From sequence record SRR31156797_5862: DNA of 49,108 nt; one strand, written 5' to 3'. Numbering within the stretch: position 1 is the stretch's first letter; each line of letters opens with the position of its first letter. Position numbers and translations under genes: made by a program. Of the stretch, positions 39,194 through 49,108 are shown piece by piece. Below the pieces are notes generated by a model. The model did no database searches, was not told where the DNA came from, and saw only the letters and a program-made list of their open reading frames with translations.

Positions 39194-40297
39194 ATGAAAA
39201 AAAGTAACATGCAGGAACTTATTATAGGTAATCTTAAGGCGAAATTACCAATTATTCAGGGAGGAATGGGTGTAGGTATATCTTTGTCAGGATTAGCATC
39301 TGCAGTTGCCAATCAAGGCGGAATTGGTGTTTTGGCAGCGGCAGGTATAGGGATGTCTGAGCCGGATTATTATACCAATTTTGCACAAGCGAATATACGA
39401 GCACTAAAGAAGCAAATAAAAAAGGCAAGAGAAATGACTAATGGAGTAATTGGTGTTAATATAATGGTTGCTCTATCTAACTTTGCAGATATGGTAACTG
39501 CCGCAATAGAAGAGGAAATTGATATTATATTTTCCGGAGCAGGTCTGCCACTAAATCTGCCTGAGTTTTTAAAGAAGAATAGTAAGACAAAAATTGTGCC
39601 AATAGTATCATCAGGTAAAGCGGCAAGGATTATAGCAAAGAGATGGATTAGTGAATACAATTATGTACCTGATGCTATAGTGGTAGAGGGTCCAAAAGCA
39701 GGAGGGCATTTAGGCTTCAAAGCTTCACAATTGGAAGATGAAAAATTCTCATTAAAGAATTTGGTAAGGGATGTAATTAGTCAGATTAAACCTATCGAAA
39801 AGGAAACCGAAAAGAAAATACCTGTGATTGCAGGAGGAGGAATATATACCGGTGAAGATATATATAATATTATGCAGTTAGGAGCATCTGGTGTACAGAT
39901 GGGGACACGCTTTGTGCCGACTGTAGAGTGCGATGCGAGTGAAGGGTTCAAAAACTGTTATATCAACGCTAAAAAAGAGGACATTGGAATTATAAAAAGC
40001 CCTGTGGGTATGCCTGGCAGAGCTATTATAAATGATTTTATGAAAAAGAGTGCAGCTGGAGAAAAAGCACCATATAAGTGTCCTTATCACTGCATTGTTA
40101 CATGCGACTACCAAAACAGTCCATATTGTATAGCTCTTGCTCTGGCAAATGCTAAAAACGGTAAAATGAATAATGGATTTGCTTTTGCTGGTGAGAACGC
40201 ATATAGGATAAAAGAGATTATAACTGTAAAGGAACTGACGGATATTTTGCAAAGTGAATATGAGGAGAGCTGTACTAATCAACAGTGCTTACTGTGA
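39194..40297 (+). CDS. Nitronate monooxygenase / FabK-like FMN oxidoreductase
   Basis: PIIQGGMG, SGAGLP, VEGPKAGGHLG, GVQMGTRF, SPVGMPGRA, Cys cluster CxxHCxxxC...YC. Confidence 0.88.
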   Translation: MKKSNMQELIIGNLKAKLPIIQGGMGVGISLSGLASAVANQGGIGVLAAAGIGMSEPDYYTNFAQANIRALKKQIKKAREMTNGVIGVNIMVALSNFADMVTAAIEEEIDIIFSGAGLPLNLPEFLKKNSKTKIVPIVSSGKAARIIAKRWISEYNYVPDAIVVEGPKAGGHLGFKASQLEDEKFSLKNLVRDVISQIKPIEKETEKKIPVIAGGGIYTGEDIYNIMQLGASGVQMGTRFVPTVECDASEGFKNCYINAKKEDIGIIKSPVGMPGRAIINDFMKKSAAGEKAPYKCPYHCIVTCDYQNSPYCIALALANAKNGKMNNGFAFAGENAYRIKEIITVKELTDILQSEYEESCTNQQCLL

Positions 40298-40363
40298 CAA
40301 ATTAATTGCGGTATTGAAGTTAGAGGGTAGAGTGATTTCCGCAGAAATGCATTGTCAAACTAA

Positions 40364-40393
40364 AGCACCAGATGAATTTATCTGGTGCTGTTT
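40364..40393. terminator. Bidirectional terminator
   Basis: AGCACCAGAT-6nt-ATCTGGTGCT. Confidence 0.75.
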
Positions 40394-40410
40394 ACTGGTA
40401 TGATTTTTTA

Positions 40411-41529
40411 TTATATATCTTTCAGCCAGCAGCGTCTTCTCCTGTGCTGACGTTTCTCAAAGTTGCGCCATACCATTTGGATTTTCATATTGTCTTCTAA
40501 TTCCGGATTACTTTCTGCCCATTTTATATTGTATTTCATAGCTGTTTTTATGACGGAATCCATCAGAATTGCCTGTATTCCTTTGCCTTGTAATTCTGGC
40601 AGTACTCCGACTAAGTACATATCCAGAGTGTCATTCTTCTTTAATGCACGAAGGATGTGAAGGATTCCAAAGGGAAACAGGTGTCCGTTTGCCTTCTGAC
40701 ATGCTTTTGTAAGGGATGGGAAACATATACCAAATGCAACAATCTTTCCTTCTTTATTTTCTACCAGTTTTATGAATTCAGGATTAACAAATTTGATAAA
40801 ATCATTTACAACTTCATCAATCATCTGCTGGTCTAGTTTGACTGCTCCAAAGAGGACTTTGTAAGCATCATTCCATACTGCAAACAGGTCATTTGCATAG
40901 GGCAGAAGATCCTTTGTTTTTGTAAATTCAATAAGTTTGTAGCCTCGCTTTTGTGTAACCATCTGAGCAATTCGCTCTACCTGTTTGTCAGGTTTGCTTG
41001 GTACATTAAGCCTGTATTCCAGCCAGTCTATATCTTTGCTGTAGCCAAAGTGCTCCATGTGCTTTACATAGTAAGGGAAATTGTACAATGTAATAAATGT
41101 CCCCATTTCTTCAAAACCATCTATCAGCATGCCTTCCTGATCAAGATCAGTATATCCCATAGGACCATGACATTGATCTTTGCCTTTTGATTTTCCCCAG
41201 TCTTCTACAGCTTTTAGCAGTGCTCCGGAAACCTCAACATCATCGATGAAGTCAAACCTTGTAAAGCGAACTTTATTTTCTTTCCAGATTTCGTTTGCCT
41301 TATGGCTTATAATACCGCCGATTCGCCCTGCTAATTTGCCATCCTTGTATGCCAGAAACCATATTGCATCGCAGAATTTTGCAGCAGCAACCTTGTTTGG
41401 AGTAATGGCATCCATTTCGCTTGCACGTAAGGGAGGACACCAGTATTTATTGCCTTTATATAGTTTATACAGGTAATTAACAAATACACGCCTTTGCTTT
41501 TTGGTTTTTACTTCAACTATTTCGATCAT
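40411..41529 (-). CDS. YghO-like tandem GNAT-fold protein
   Basis: AGRIGGI, RFTRFDFIDD, GPMG...GMLIDGF, YNFPYY, ELEDN; probable start MIEIVEVK. Confidence 0.8.
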   Translation of the reverse strand: MIEIVEVKTKKQRRVFVNYLYKLYKGNKYWCPPLRASEMDAITPNKVAAAKFCDAIWFLAYKDGKLAGRIGGIISHKANEIWKENKVRFTRFDFIDDVEVSGALLKAVEDWGKSKGKDQCHGPMGYTDLDQEGMLIDGFEEMGTFITLYNFPYYVKHMEHFGYSKDIDWLEYRLNVPSKPDKQVERIAQMVTQKRGYKLIEFTKTKDLLPYANDLFAVWNDAYKVLFGAVKLDQQMIDEVVNDFIKFVNPEFIKLVENKEGKIVAFGICFPSLTKACQKANGHLFPFGILHILRALKKNDTLDMYLVGVLPELQGKGIQAILMDSVIKTAMKYNIKWAESNPELEDNMKIQMVWRNFEKRQHRRRRCWLKDI

Positions 41530-41564
41530 ATTGAATCCTAACTGTAGATTGCCTTTAGTATTTT

Positions 41565-42431
41565 TTACATACCTCTGAATGCAAGGCAAAGTGTGCCAGG
41601 ACCGCAGTGAGTTCCTATTACTGGTCCTATGTCCTCAATCATTATATTGCCGACTTTTACTTGCTTCTCTATTTCTTTTCTTAGCATGTTTGCTGCGTCT
41701 ATATCATCTGCATGACCAATAATAACTGTTTGGTCAGAAGGATTGACTACATTCTGTAGAAATAATGAAACTATTTTTTGGATTGATTTCTTTCTTCCTT
41801 TTTCTGAGCCAAGTTTTATTATTTCGCCGCTGTCATTCATAGTAAGCATTGGCTTAACTTTCAGCATGGACCCTACTGCTGCTGTTGCTGCAGAAATCCT
41901 GCCAGTTCTTTTTAAGTGATTAATATCATCTACTGTCAGATATACTTTGTATTTGGATTTATTTTTTTCAATGTGTTCTGCTAGTTCTACCAAAGGCATA
42001 CCGTCAGATGCCATTTTGAATACATCCATAACTAATAATGCCATTGGCTTTGAAATACGCAGTGTGTCAATCTCAATCAATTTTCTGTCAGGATAGCTAT
42101 TGCGTAACTGATCACATGCATTTTTTATATAGCTGAAACTTGATGATAATGCTGATGAGAAACATACAAAAAGCAAGTCCTTACCTTCCTTTAAATATGG
42201 CTCTAATCTTTCAACATAATATTGTGGTGAATATGTAGATGTTTTTGGAATACTGCCGCTGCGTACCTTAGAATAGAACTCTTTGAAATTTGTAAACTCT
42301 CCTAGTTGATATACTACCTCTTCATTCTCTAAAGTGTAGGGCATTTTTATATAGTCAATGTTGTTGTCCTTAGCAAACTCAAGAGGTATTTCGCTGTTAC
42401 TATCAGTAATGATTACATAGTTTTTACTCAT
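41565..42431 (-). CDS. DegV family fatty-acid-binding protein (FakB-like)
   Basis: ITDS, PKTS, SSALSSS, LKRTGRIS, KVKP, GPVIGTHCGPG; ATG 42431 after AAGGAG. Confidence 0.92.
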   Translation of the reverse strand: MSKNYVIITDSNSEIPLEFAKDNNIDYIKMPYTLENEEVVYQLGEFTNFKEFYSKVRSGSIPKTSTYSPQYYVERLEPYLKEGKDLLFVCFSSALSSSFSYIKNACDQLRNSYPDRKLIEIDTLRISKPMALLVMDVFKMASDGMPLVELAEHIEKNKSKYKVYLTVDDINHLKRTGRISAATAAVGSMLKVKPMLTMNDSGEIIKLGSEKGRKKSIQKIVSLFLQNVVNPSDQTVIIGHADDIDAANMLRKEIEKQVKVGNIMIEDIGPVIGTHCGPGTLCLAFRGM

Positions 42432-42636
42432 AAGAATCTCCTTAATTTCTATAAAATATAAATAAATCATTTTCATTATACAAAAGATTCCTTGATAATA
42501 GCAAGTTTTAAGTTTAATTATTTATATTTGTATTGATTTAAGCAAGTATTTATAAGTATTTTTATAGTATTCAAGGGATATTTAATAAAATGTTTTTCGT
42601 CTGCAGAATATGTTATCTGTTTATAATTAATGTAAA

Positions 42637-43131
42637 TTAAATGTTAAGAGAAATCTTATCAATTCCAATTTTGCGTATAGTTTTCAGTATTTTAATTTCT
42701 CTTTTTGTCCAGTCAATATTACTTTCTGATTTAAGATATTTGTTATTTATTGATATTGCTTCATCTATTGTAAGCCATGTAGGTGTCATTTCAAAATCTA
42801 TTTCATATTTATCCAGCGACTGGGGATTGATGCTGTCATCCACGGCTACTGCGTAATAGTATGATATTTGATGAAACAGTTGAGAACTGTCAAATACGTC
42901 TGTTTTCTTTTCAACCACTTTACCAATCATTGAGCTGAAGGACGTACAGTTTCTACCTGTTTCCTCCAATATCTCTCTGTGTAGTGCATCTGTGTGACTT
43001 TCGTTCTCGTCAATTCAGCCACCGGGTAATTTGCAGTCACCTCTGTTTAATGAAACCACGAGGATTTGATTGTTCTTAAATGCGATGCCTCGCACTGCGT
43101 GTCGAAGCTTCACAGGTTTTGAATGGTCCAT
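42637..43131 (-). pseudogene. NUDIX hydrolase interrupted by an in-frame TGA
   Basis: MDHSKPVKLRHAVRGIAF...KLPGG*IDENESHTDALHREILEETG; stop at 43015-43017 inside the Nudix box region. Confidence 0.85.
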
Positions 43132-43165
43132 ATCCTTTTCAATTATATTTATATCAAATAATAGA

Positions 43166-45073
43166 TTACTCTGGGACATTTAGAATATACCATTCTCCCT
43201 TATTGTTATATACAGTAAATCCAGACTCAGTGTACTCGGCTAAGGTTTCTTCATTTGCTTTGGTTAATAAGTACTCAGCACCATATTGATTGCAGAATGC
43301 TTTTTTATCATCTGGTGAAGTGTTTTTGAATATATACTCATTGGTTCTAAAGTAACCATCATCCTTTATCTGGATTGCTCCAAAGTCTGTCAGACGTTTT
43401 ACCCACTCCAGCATAGCTTCATCAGTAAAAGGCATATTCTTGAAAGCTACTACGCTGGATCTTTGTGAATAGAGCCTGAAAAATGCAGTTTGAGAATCCA
43501 TTGGGTCACCAAAGAAGATAACGTCCTTATCCGTTGTATCTTGGAATTCTTCTGCCAGAGTGCGAAGCTCATAGCTGGCAGCTGAATTAAACATAGAATC
43601 AACAGAATATATTTCTTTTGTATGGATATTAAACCATGGTAAGAATGCAACAAGACAAGCACTGAATAAAATAAATACACGCTTTAAGTGCTTTGCTATT
43701 TTTCTGCTGTTTTCCTTTATAGGCATAATTAGAATATACATAAAAGCTGTAAAAGCTATGAATTTATAATAGATATCGTATCCGTTATATATATTTTCTG
43801 CCCGAATAATGTAACCTGCAAAAATTATGAAATATCCTACAGGAGCAAGGTGGCGTATTGTAGTGAAATTAAATTTATCAGACAGATAAATAATTATTGC
43901 AACTATGCCTATTGCAAGGATATAGAATCCACTGTAAGTTTCCGGAACAAATCCATCAGGATTAATTACTTGAGGAATACACGCAGTAAGTGCAATCAGA
44001 GCACCAATCCCGTATTGTTTTTCACTCCACATATGAGCAGCAATATAAGCCAGAATTCCCGCTAAGAGTGTCCTGAATATAAATACACTTCTGGCAGGCT
44101 GTAATTTAGCTATAAATGCTACTGGGATTATTTCGATAAATATGTAGTTAGCTATAAGGATAGCGGTAACTAATGCTGTTGAAATCAGAACGAGTTTGTT
44201 CAAAAGTTTGAAATGTTCAGCTCTTTTATTCAAGGACAGAAGCAATAAGTATATACCTGCAATATATGCAATGAAGTTGAACCATGCTACCTTCTCCCAT
44301 GATGATGGTACATGATGATGGGGATGACGGAGATAGCAGTGAATTTTTACAAATAAATCATTTGACAGCTGTCCAGTGCTGGTAGAACCGCCAATGACCA
44401 TTATACCAAATATGGCAAAGCATACGACTATCCAGGGTATTAGCAGTAATAGCTTTTTGTATTGCTTTTCCTTTATGCATTTTATCAGCAAAAATACTAC
44501 TAGGAATGCAGCACTGTAGCATCCTACTGTAAAGTGAAATAAAGTCGCAATAGGAATTAAAATAAATGATATTTTCCACTTGTTCTTAAGGGCAAAATAG
44601 AATGCCCAGATACATAGTGAGTAGGCAATCTGTGAATAGTAGAAGCCTAGAAGCCATACCTGATTTCTGCCAATCCTTAAACCAGATAAAGAAAACAGGC
44701 AAAATAGCATAAAGAAGCCTGACATGATAAATGAATTCTTTTTGAAAAAATGCTTTGATATTGCAATAATGCCGGCAGCAAAAACTAAGGTAGTTATTAT
44801 TGTGCCCAATATACTCAGCATCTGCCATGATGATCCAAGCTTTAGAAAGAATGCACAGAATTGATCAGATACACTTTGAGCATTTGGCTGCATAAATGCC
44901 ATTATGGAGAAATCCTGACGGAATATACTAGAGTCTGCTATAGCCATAGGGGTAGCAATATAGGTAGTCAGATCTCCTTGTGCTATATAGAATTTGGATA
45001 TTGCTAGTGCGGTTACTACAGAAATAATGTCTAGGACATATTCTCTGATAGTATTCATCATCTTCTTTATCAT
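43166..45073 (-). CDS. Polytopic membrane protein, DUF6798-like / putative GT-C glycosyltransferase
   Basis: Many TMs; RHPHHH loop; C-terminal FRLYSQRSSVVAFKNMP...EW..R...YGAEYL extracellular domain. Confidence 0.6.
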   Translation of the reverse strand: MIKKMMNTIREYVLDIISVVTALAISKFYIAQGDLTTYIATPMAIADSSIFRQDFSIMAFMQPNAQSVSDQFCAFFLKLGSSWQMLSILGTIITTLVFAAGIIAISKHFFKKNSFIMSGFFMLFCLFSLSGLRIGRNQVWLLGFYYSQIAYSLCIWAFYFALKNKWKISFILIPIATLFHFTVGCYSAAFLVVFLLIKCIKEKQYKKLLLLIPWIVVCFAIFGIMVIGGSTSTGQLSNDLFVKIHCYLRHPHHHVPSSWEKVAWFNFIAYIAGIYLLLLSLNKRAEHFKLLNKLVLISTALVTAILIANYIFIEIIPVAFIAKLQPARSVFIFRTLLAGILAYIAAHMWSEKQYGIGALIALTACIPQVINPDGFVPETYSGFYILAIGIVAIIIYLSDKFNFTTIRHLAPVGYFIIFAGYIIRAENIYNGYDIYYKFIAFTAFMYILIMPIKENSRKIAKHLKRVFILFSACLVAFLPWFNIHTKEIYSVDSMFNSAASYELRTLAEEFQDTTDKDVIFFGDPMDSQTAFFRLYSQRSSVVAFKNMPFTDEAMLEWVKRLTDFGAIQIKDDGYFRTNEYIFKNTSPDDKKAFCNQYGAEYLLTKANEETLAEYTESGFTVYNNKGEWYILNVPE

Positions 45074-45225
45074 AATTACCTCAAAAAATGTATAAGTTCG
45101 ATATCATTATACATTAGTATAAAATTTGTGTCTAGCATATATGTTTTTGTGATGTTTTTGTGATAATATTTGAAAGTATGCCTTTTTTGTGTATACTAAA
45201 GTTAGTGAATTATGAAGGTGATATT

Positions 45226-46122
45226 ATGAAAGACAACAAAGTGATTTTAGGCTGTATGGGCTGGCTGAAAAAGACGAGAACTGAAATTAATGATATATTT
45301 GCTTGTGCAATGGATAACAGAATTAATACATTCGATCATGCTGATATCTACGGAGGCAGTCATGCATGTGAAAGAATATTTGGAGAAAATATAGATATAA
45401 GAGGTTCTCAAAGAGAATTAGTTAATTTACAGACTAAGTGCGGTATTAGAAAAGGATATTTTGATTTTTCCAGAAATCATATAATAGAATCGGTTGAGGA
45501 AAGCCTAGCAGCTCTGGACGTGGAATATATTGATACTTTACTGCTGCACAGACCAGATACTTTGGTGGAGGAAGATGAAATAGCGGATGCATTCAGCACT
45601 CTTAATAAAAGCGGTAAAGTCCTATCATTTGGTGTAAGTAACTGTAATCCTATGCAGATTGAATTATTGCAGAAATACATAGGAGACAAGATAAAAATTA
45701 AATACAATCAGATTCAGTTATCATTAGGACATACAGCGGTATTTGATAGTGGATTTTGCTTTAATACAATATTTGATAATGCAATAGACAGAACAGGCTC
45801 AATTGTAGAATATGCAAGGCTAAAGGATATTACTCTTCAGGCATGGTCACCAATGCAGTTTGGCTTCTTTGACGGAGTGTTCTACGGTAATGAAAAGTAC
45901 AGCCAGCTTACCGATGAAATTGATAAATTGGCTGATAAATATAGTGTTCATCCTACAACAATTATAATAGCTTGGATTCTGCGTCATCCAGCAAATATCC
46001 AGCCTGTTATCGGTACAACAAATCCGGACAGGATTAAGTATAGTGCTGAGGCATTAAATATTGAATTAACCCGCCAAGAATGGTATAGCCTGTACACCTC
46101 AGCTGGGAATAAACTGCCCTAG
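45226..46122 (+). CDS. Aldo/keto reductase
   Basis: LGCM, FDHADIYG, QTKCGI, LLHRPD, GVSN, QAWSP, AWILRHP. Confidence 0.92.
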   Translation: MKDNKVILGCMGWLKKTRTEINDIFACAMDNRINTFDHADIYGGSHACERIFGENIDIRGSQRELVNLQTKCGIRKGYFDFSRNHIIESVEESLAALDVEYIDTLLLHRPDTLVEEDEIADAFSTLNKSGKVLSFGVSNCNPMQIELLQKYIGDKIKIKYNQIQLSLGHTAVFDSGFCFNTIFDNAIDRTGSIVEYARLKDITLQAWSPMQFGFFDGVFYGNEKYSQLTDEIDKLADKYSVHPTTIIIAWILRHPANIQPVIGTTNPDRIKYSAEALNIELTRQEWYSLYTSAGNKLP

Positions 46123-46499
46123 ATAATTTCGTCCATTAACTTACACGCATCTTCCACCAGCTTGGGACAAATATCTAAGTCTCTTAATGCACGACATGTC
46201 AGTGAGCCGTGAATTTCGATAAACTTATCTGTAAATTCTTTGGTTTTTTCGTTGATGACTTCCTGACTTGCTTTATCATCTATATATTTAGGTCCTTTTG
46301 CTAGACCAAGTGCCATAACAGCGCCAGAAACCACTCCGCAGACTTCCTTTGATTTTAGTCCGCCGCCAAATCCAGAGCCGATTTTATAAGCAGTATCTTC
46401 GCTGATGCCAACATCATTTGCATAGGCACAAATTACTGCTTGGCAACAATTCATAGGTCCTTCAAAGTTCTTTATAGCTTTTTTATAGGTATCTTTCAT
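46119..46499 (-). CDS. C-GCAxxG-C-C family putative redox-active protein
   Basis: NCCQAV, GFGGG...CGVVSG, GSLTCR, C; probable start MKDTYK. Confidence 0.85.
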   Translation of the reverse strand: MKDTYKKAIKNFEGPMNCCQAVICAYANDVGISEDTAYKIGSGFGGGLKSKEVCGVVSGAVMALGLAKGPKYIDDKASQEVINEKTKEFTDKFIEIHGSLTCRALRDLDICPKLVEDACKLMDEII

Positions 46500-46592
46500 A
46501 TCGTTCCCTTTCCTTTTAAAGTTTTTCATATAATATATTAATCGCTTTAGCGTGTCAATACATGTAATCCACTTATATTTTAATAATATTTA

Positions 46593-47138
46593 CTAGTGGT
46601 GCACCATACCGTATGTATTATGCATAGTGTCATACCACAGCTTTAAATGCGGCGGATAATATGTTGTAACAGCGAATAGGATAAATATAAATACTACAGC
46701 TATTATTGCAGCTTTGGAGCATTTGGTATAATCTTTGTTTGACATCGTATAGAGATATACGCCAAGATAACCAATCAGGAGAATTACGCAGGATAATCCA
46801 ATTGAGAAGAACATTTCATTCTCGCTGGTGATATTGCAGGTTCTCTGCAGAAGAGGATAGAGTATACTGGGCATAATTGACATAGCAACTGATGTTAGTG
46901 CTGCAACTGGAATTAGATTTTTGTATTTGCTCTTTGTAACCAAGTGAATAACAAAAAATACAAATATACATGGCAACAGGAATAACTTGTTGTGCTGCCA
47001 TATGCTTTCATTAACAGGAAATATTATTGATGTAATAAAGTTAGGGGAATCTTTGTAGCCCTTTGTAGCTAGCATTATCAGATACATGTTTATTGGATAG
47101 GCTATTGCTAGTAGTATAGCTAGTTTCTTTTTATTCAT
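46593..47138 (-). CDS. DUF6512-like membrane protein
   Basis: PVNESIWQHNKL, TYYPP...YG; GGAGG RBS. Confidence 0.65.
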   Translation of the reverse strand: MNKKKLAILLAIAYPINMYLIMLATKGYKDSPNFITSIIFPVNESIWQHNKLFLLPCIFVFFVIHLVTKSKYKNLIPVAALTSVAMSIMPSILYPLLQRTCNITSENEMFFSIGLSCVILLIGYLGVYLYTMSNKDYTKCSKAAIIAVVFIFILFAVTTYYPPHLKLWYDTMHNTYGMVHH

Positions 47139-47308
47139 CGTTTATCCTCCAATATAATTATCAATTCTTATTATATCATATTATAAATGTTTATTGCTGA
47201 GGGCAATGTATAAATTTGATAAATTGCATTAATATTATATATGTTAATTTAGAACCTTGCAATATAAGGTAGCGTGTGATATAATGCACCTGAAAGTGAG
47301 GGACGTTT

Positions 47309-48487
47309 ATGAAAAAACGTAAAAAGATTGTATTTATTGTGTTTGGATTCATATTTGCAATTGTTTTAATATTGGGTGGAATAATTGCAGTAAAAATTGA
47401 TTTTAGCAATCCAGAGAACTTAGATGAATTCCTACAAGGAAAGTTTGACAAAATGAAAGTAGCAGGTATGGCTGTCACTGTTATTGAGGATGATGAAATA
47501 TCTTCGTTTTACAGTTATGGTAAGATGGATGTGGATAATGGTAAGGGAATTACAGAGGATACTATATTCTTGATGGCATCAATATCAAAAACGGTAACAG
47601 GATGTGCTGTAATGCAGTTGGCAGAACAGGGAGCAATAAATTTGGATGAAAGTATCAATGCATATTTGCCCTTTGATGTAGTCAATCCTAATTACCCTGA
47701 TAAAGAAATAACAAGTAGAATGCTCCTGACTCATACATCATCTATTGTAGATAATTGGGATGTGTATGAAAGACTCTATACTATTGATGCAGGCGGCGGT
47801 GATCCTGATATAAGTCTGGAAGAATTTGTAATGAATTATTATAATCCTGATGGAGAGTACTATAATAAAAAAGCAAATTTTGCCATAAAAAAACCAGGCG
47901 AATATTATGAATACTCAAACTGCGGCTATGCATTGCTAGGCTATTTGGTTCAGGTTGTATCTGGTCAGGCATTTAGTGAGTATTGTAATGAAAATATCTT
48001 TGATCCTCTTGGTATGGATAACACAGCGTGGTTAGTCTCCGAATTGGATGAGAGCAAAATTGCAGTACCATATTATGATGGTGAAGCACTGCCACATTAT
48101 TCGTTTGCTACCTATCCTGATGGAGCGCTTAGAACTAGTGCTGTGGATTTCTCGAAATTTATCAGCATGATGATGAATAAGGGCACATATAAAGGGGTTA
48201 AAATACTAAATGAAAATACTGTTGATGAAATGTTTTTGCCTCAAATACCCCAATTATATGAAAATCAGGGATTGACATGGGATTTGAAGGCATTAGAAGA
48301 ATTCAAAGTTAAATGTGATGAATATATCATTGGTCACAGTGGAGGAGATTTTGGAGTATGTACTTATGCATTCTTTGTACCTAACACTAAAAAGGGTATA
48401 ATAGTAACAATAAATGATGATTTGAGCACCACTGCACTGATTAATTATATTATGATAATAGATAGGCTAGGAGAGGAAATTTCATAA
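47309..48487 (+). CDS. Serine hydrolase, beta-lactamase class C-like
   Basis: SxxK ASISK, LLTHTS, YSN, HSG; N-terminal TM anchor. Confidence 0.9.
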   Translation: MKKRKKIVFIVFGFIFAIVLILGGIIAVKIDFSNPENLDEFLQGKFDKMKVAGMAVTVIEDDEISSFYSYGKMDVDNGKGITEDTIFLMASISKTVTGCAVMQLAEQGAINLDESINAYLPFDVVNPNYPDKEITSRMLLTHTSSIVDNWDVYERLYTIDAGGGDPDISLEEFVMNYYNPDGEYYNKKANFAIKKPGEYYEYSNCGYALLGYLVQVVSGQAFSEYCNENIFDPLGMDNTAWLVSELDESKIAVPYYDGEALPHYSFATYPDGALRTSAVDFSKFISMMMNKGTYKGVKILNENTVDEMFLPQIPQLYENQGLTWDLKALEEFKVKCDEYIIGHSGGDFGVCTYAFFVPNTKKGIIVTINDDLSTTALINYIMIIDRLGEEIS

Positions 48488-48529
48488 TTATTACATGTGT
48501 GATTAATTGGCAAAATAACTATAAACTGA

Positions 48530-48558
48530 TTGACTATTTGCATTATATGTGTTATTAT
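48530..48558 (+). promoter_or_regulatory. Putative sigma-A promoter of rplU
   Basis: TTGACT-17nt-TATTAT. Confidence 0.55.
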
Positions 48559-48563
48559 ATTTC

Positions 48564-48640
48564 GGCAAGCCGCTCAGGAAAGGTACCATAAGAGACTTAG
48601 ATGTACACCTTTTAGCGTTATAATTAACCTCTGGCGAGCC
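48564..48640 (+). ncRNA. L21 ribosomal protein leader (cis-regulatory RNA)
   Basis: GGC..GCCGC...AAAGGT...ACCTTT...ACCT...GGCGAGCC directly 5' of the rplU RBS. Confidence 0.65.
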
Positions 48641-48660
48641 CTAATAAAGGAGAATAGCAA

Positions 48661-48972
48661 ATGTATGCAATAATGACAACAGGTGGTAAGCAGTACAAAG
48701 TAGAAGTAGGCGATACTGTTTATGTAGAGAAGCTTGATGTAAAAGATGGTGGCAAGGTATCCTTTGATACTATGATGCTGGTGGATGGTAAAACTGTAAA
48801 GGTTGGTACTCCATTAGTAAAAGGTGTAAAGGTTGAAGGAAAAGTTCAGAAGCAGGTACGCGGTAAGAAAGTAATCGTATTCAAGTACAAGCCAAAGAAG
48901 AACATCCGCAAAAAGCAAGGTCATCGTCAGAACTATACAGCTGTAGAAATCACAGCAATTGTAACAAAGTAA
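48661..48972 (+). CDS. rplU: 50S ribosomal protein L21
   Basis: [14 protein letters not shown]...FKYKPKK...GHRQ. Confidence 0.98.
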   Translation: MYAIMTTGGKQYKVEVGDTVYVEKLDVKDGGKVSFDTMMLVDGKTVKVGTPLVKGVKVEGKVQKQVRGKKVIVFKYKPKKNIRKKQGHRQNYTAVEITAIVTK

Positions 48973-48985
48973 AGGAGGCTATAAT

Positions 48986-49108
48986 ATGGCACATAAGAAA
49001 GGCGTTGGTTCATCCAAGAACGGCCGTGAGTCTGAGTCAAAGAGACTGGGCACAAAATGTGGTGATGGTCAATATGTAACAGGTGGCAGCATTATAGTTC
49101 GCCAGCGT
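48986..49108 (+). CDS. rpmA: 50S ribosomal protein L27 (partial, runs off the window end)
   Basis: [32 protein letters not shown]...GSIIVRQR. Confidence 0.97.
   Translation, partial: MAHKKGVGSSKNGRESESKRLGTKCGDGQYVTGGSIIVRQR

Noticed and set aside
43015-43017. Alternative genetic code (TGA = Gly) or selenocysteine suggested by the NUDIX stop
   Set aside because: Many genes here end properly at TGA (e.g. 1102, 8248, 17614, 31217, 40297), and the position is a Gly rather than a Cys site

Overview
AT-rich chromosomal window, most consistent with a Clostridia-like Firmicute (sigma-A promoters, GGAGG ribosome-binding sites, many lipoproteins, L21 leader). I saw no integrase, transposase, rRNA, tRNA or CRISPR array. 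In order: a lipoprotein; a decayed D-cysteine desulfhydrase-patB-ridA cluster whose 5' end is joined to a short Cas8c/Cas11c-like fragment; a BMP-type nucleoside ABC operon and xpt; an OmpR-type two-component system divergent from a phosphodiester glycosidase / VTC polyphosphate-polymerase domain / DUF4956 / Cthe_2159 cluster; a second two-component system with a Spy/LTxxQ-like lipoprotein; a fragmented DUF1624-like pseudogene; TetR-HXXEE; a LytTR-DUF3021-ABC module; an orphan double-holin-like gene and a PG-binding M15 peptidase; an ArsR module; mixed enzymes, two DegV proteins and two isolated GT-C-like membrane proteins; a nonsense-broken NUDIX gene; and rplU-rpmA without prp. The best candidate for an under-described system is the VTC/DUF4956/Cthe_2159/NAGPA locus, for which a shared operator-promoter layout can be read directly from the DNA. 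All family calls come from motif recognition by eye, not database searches.
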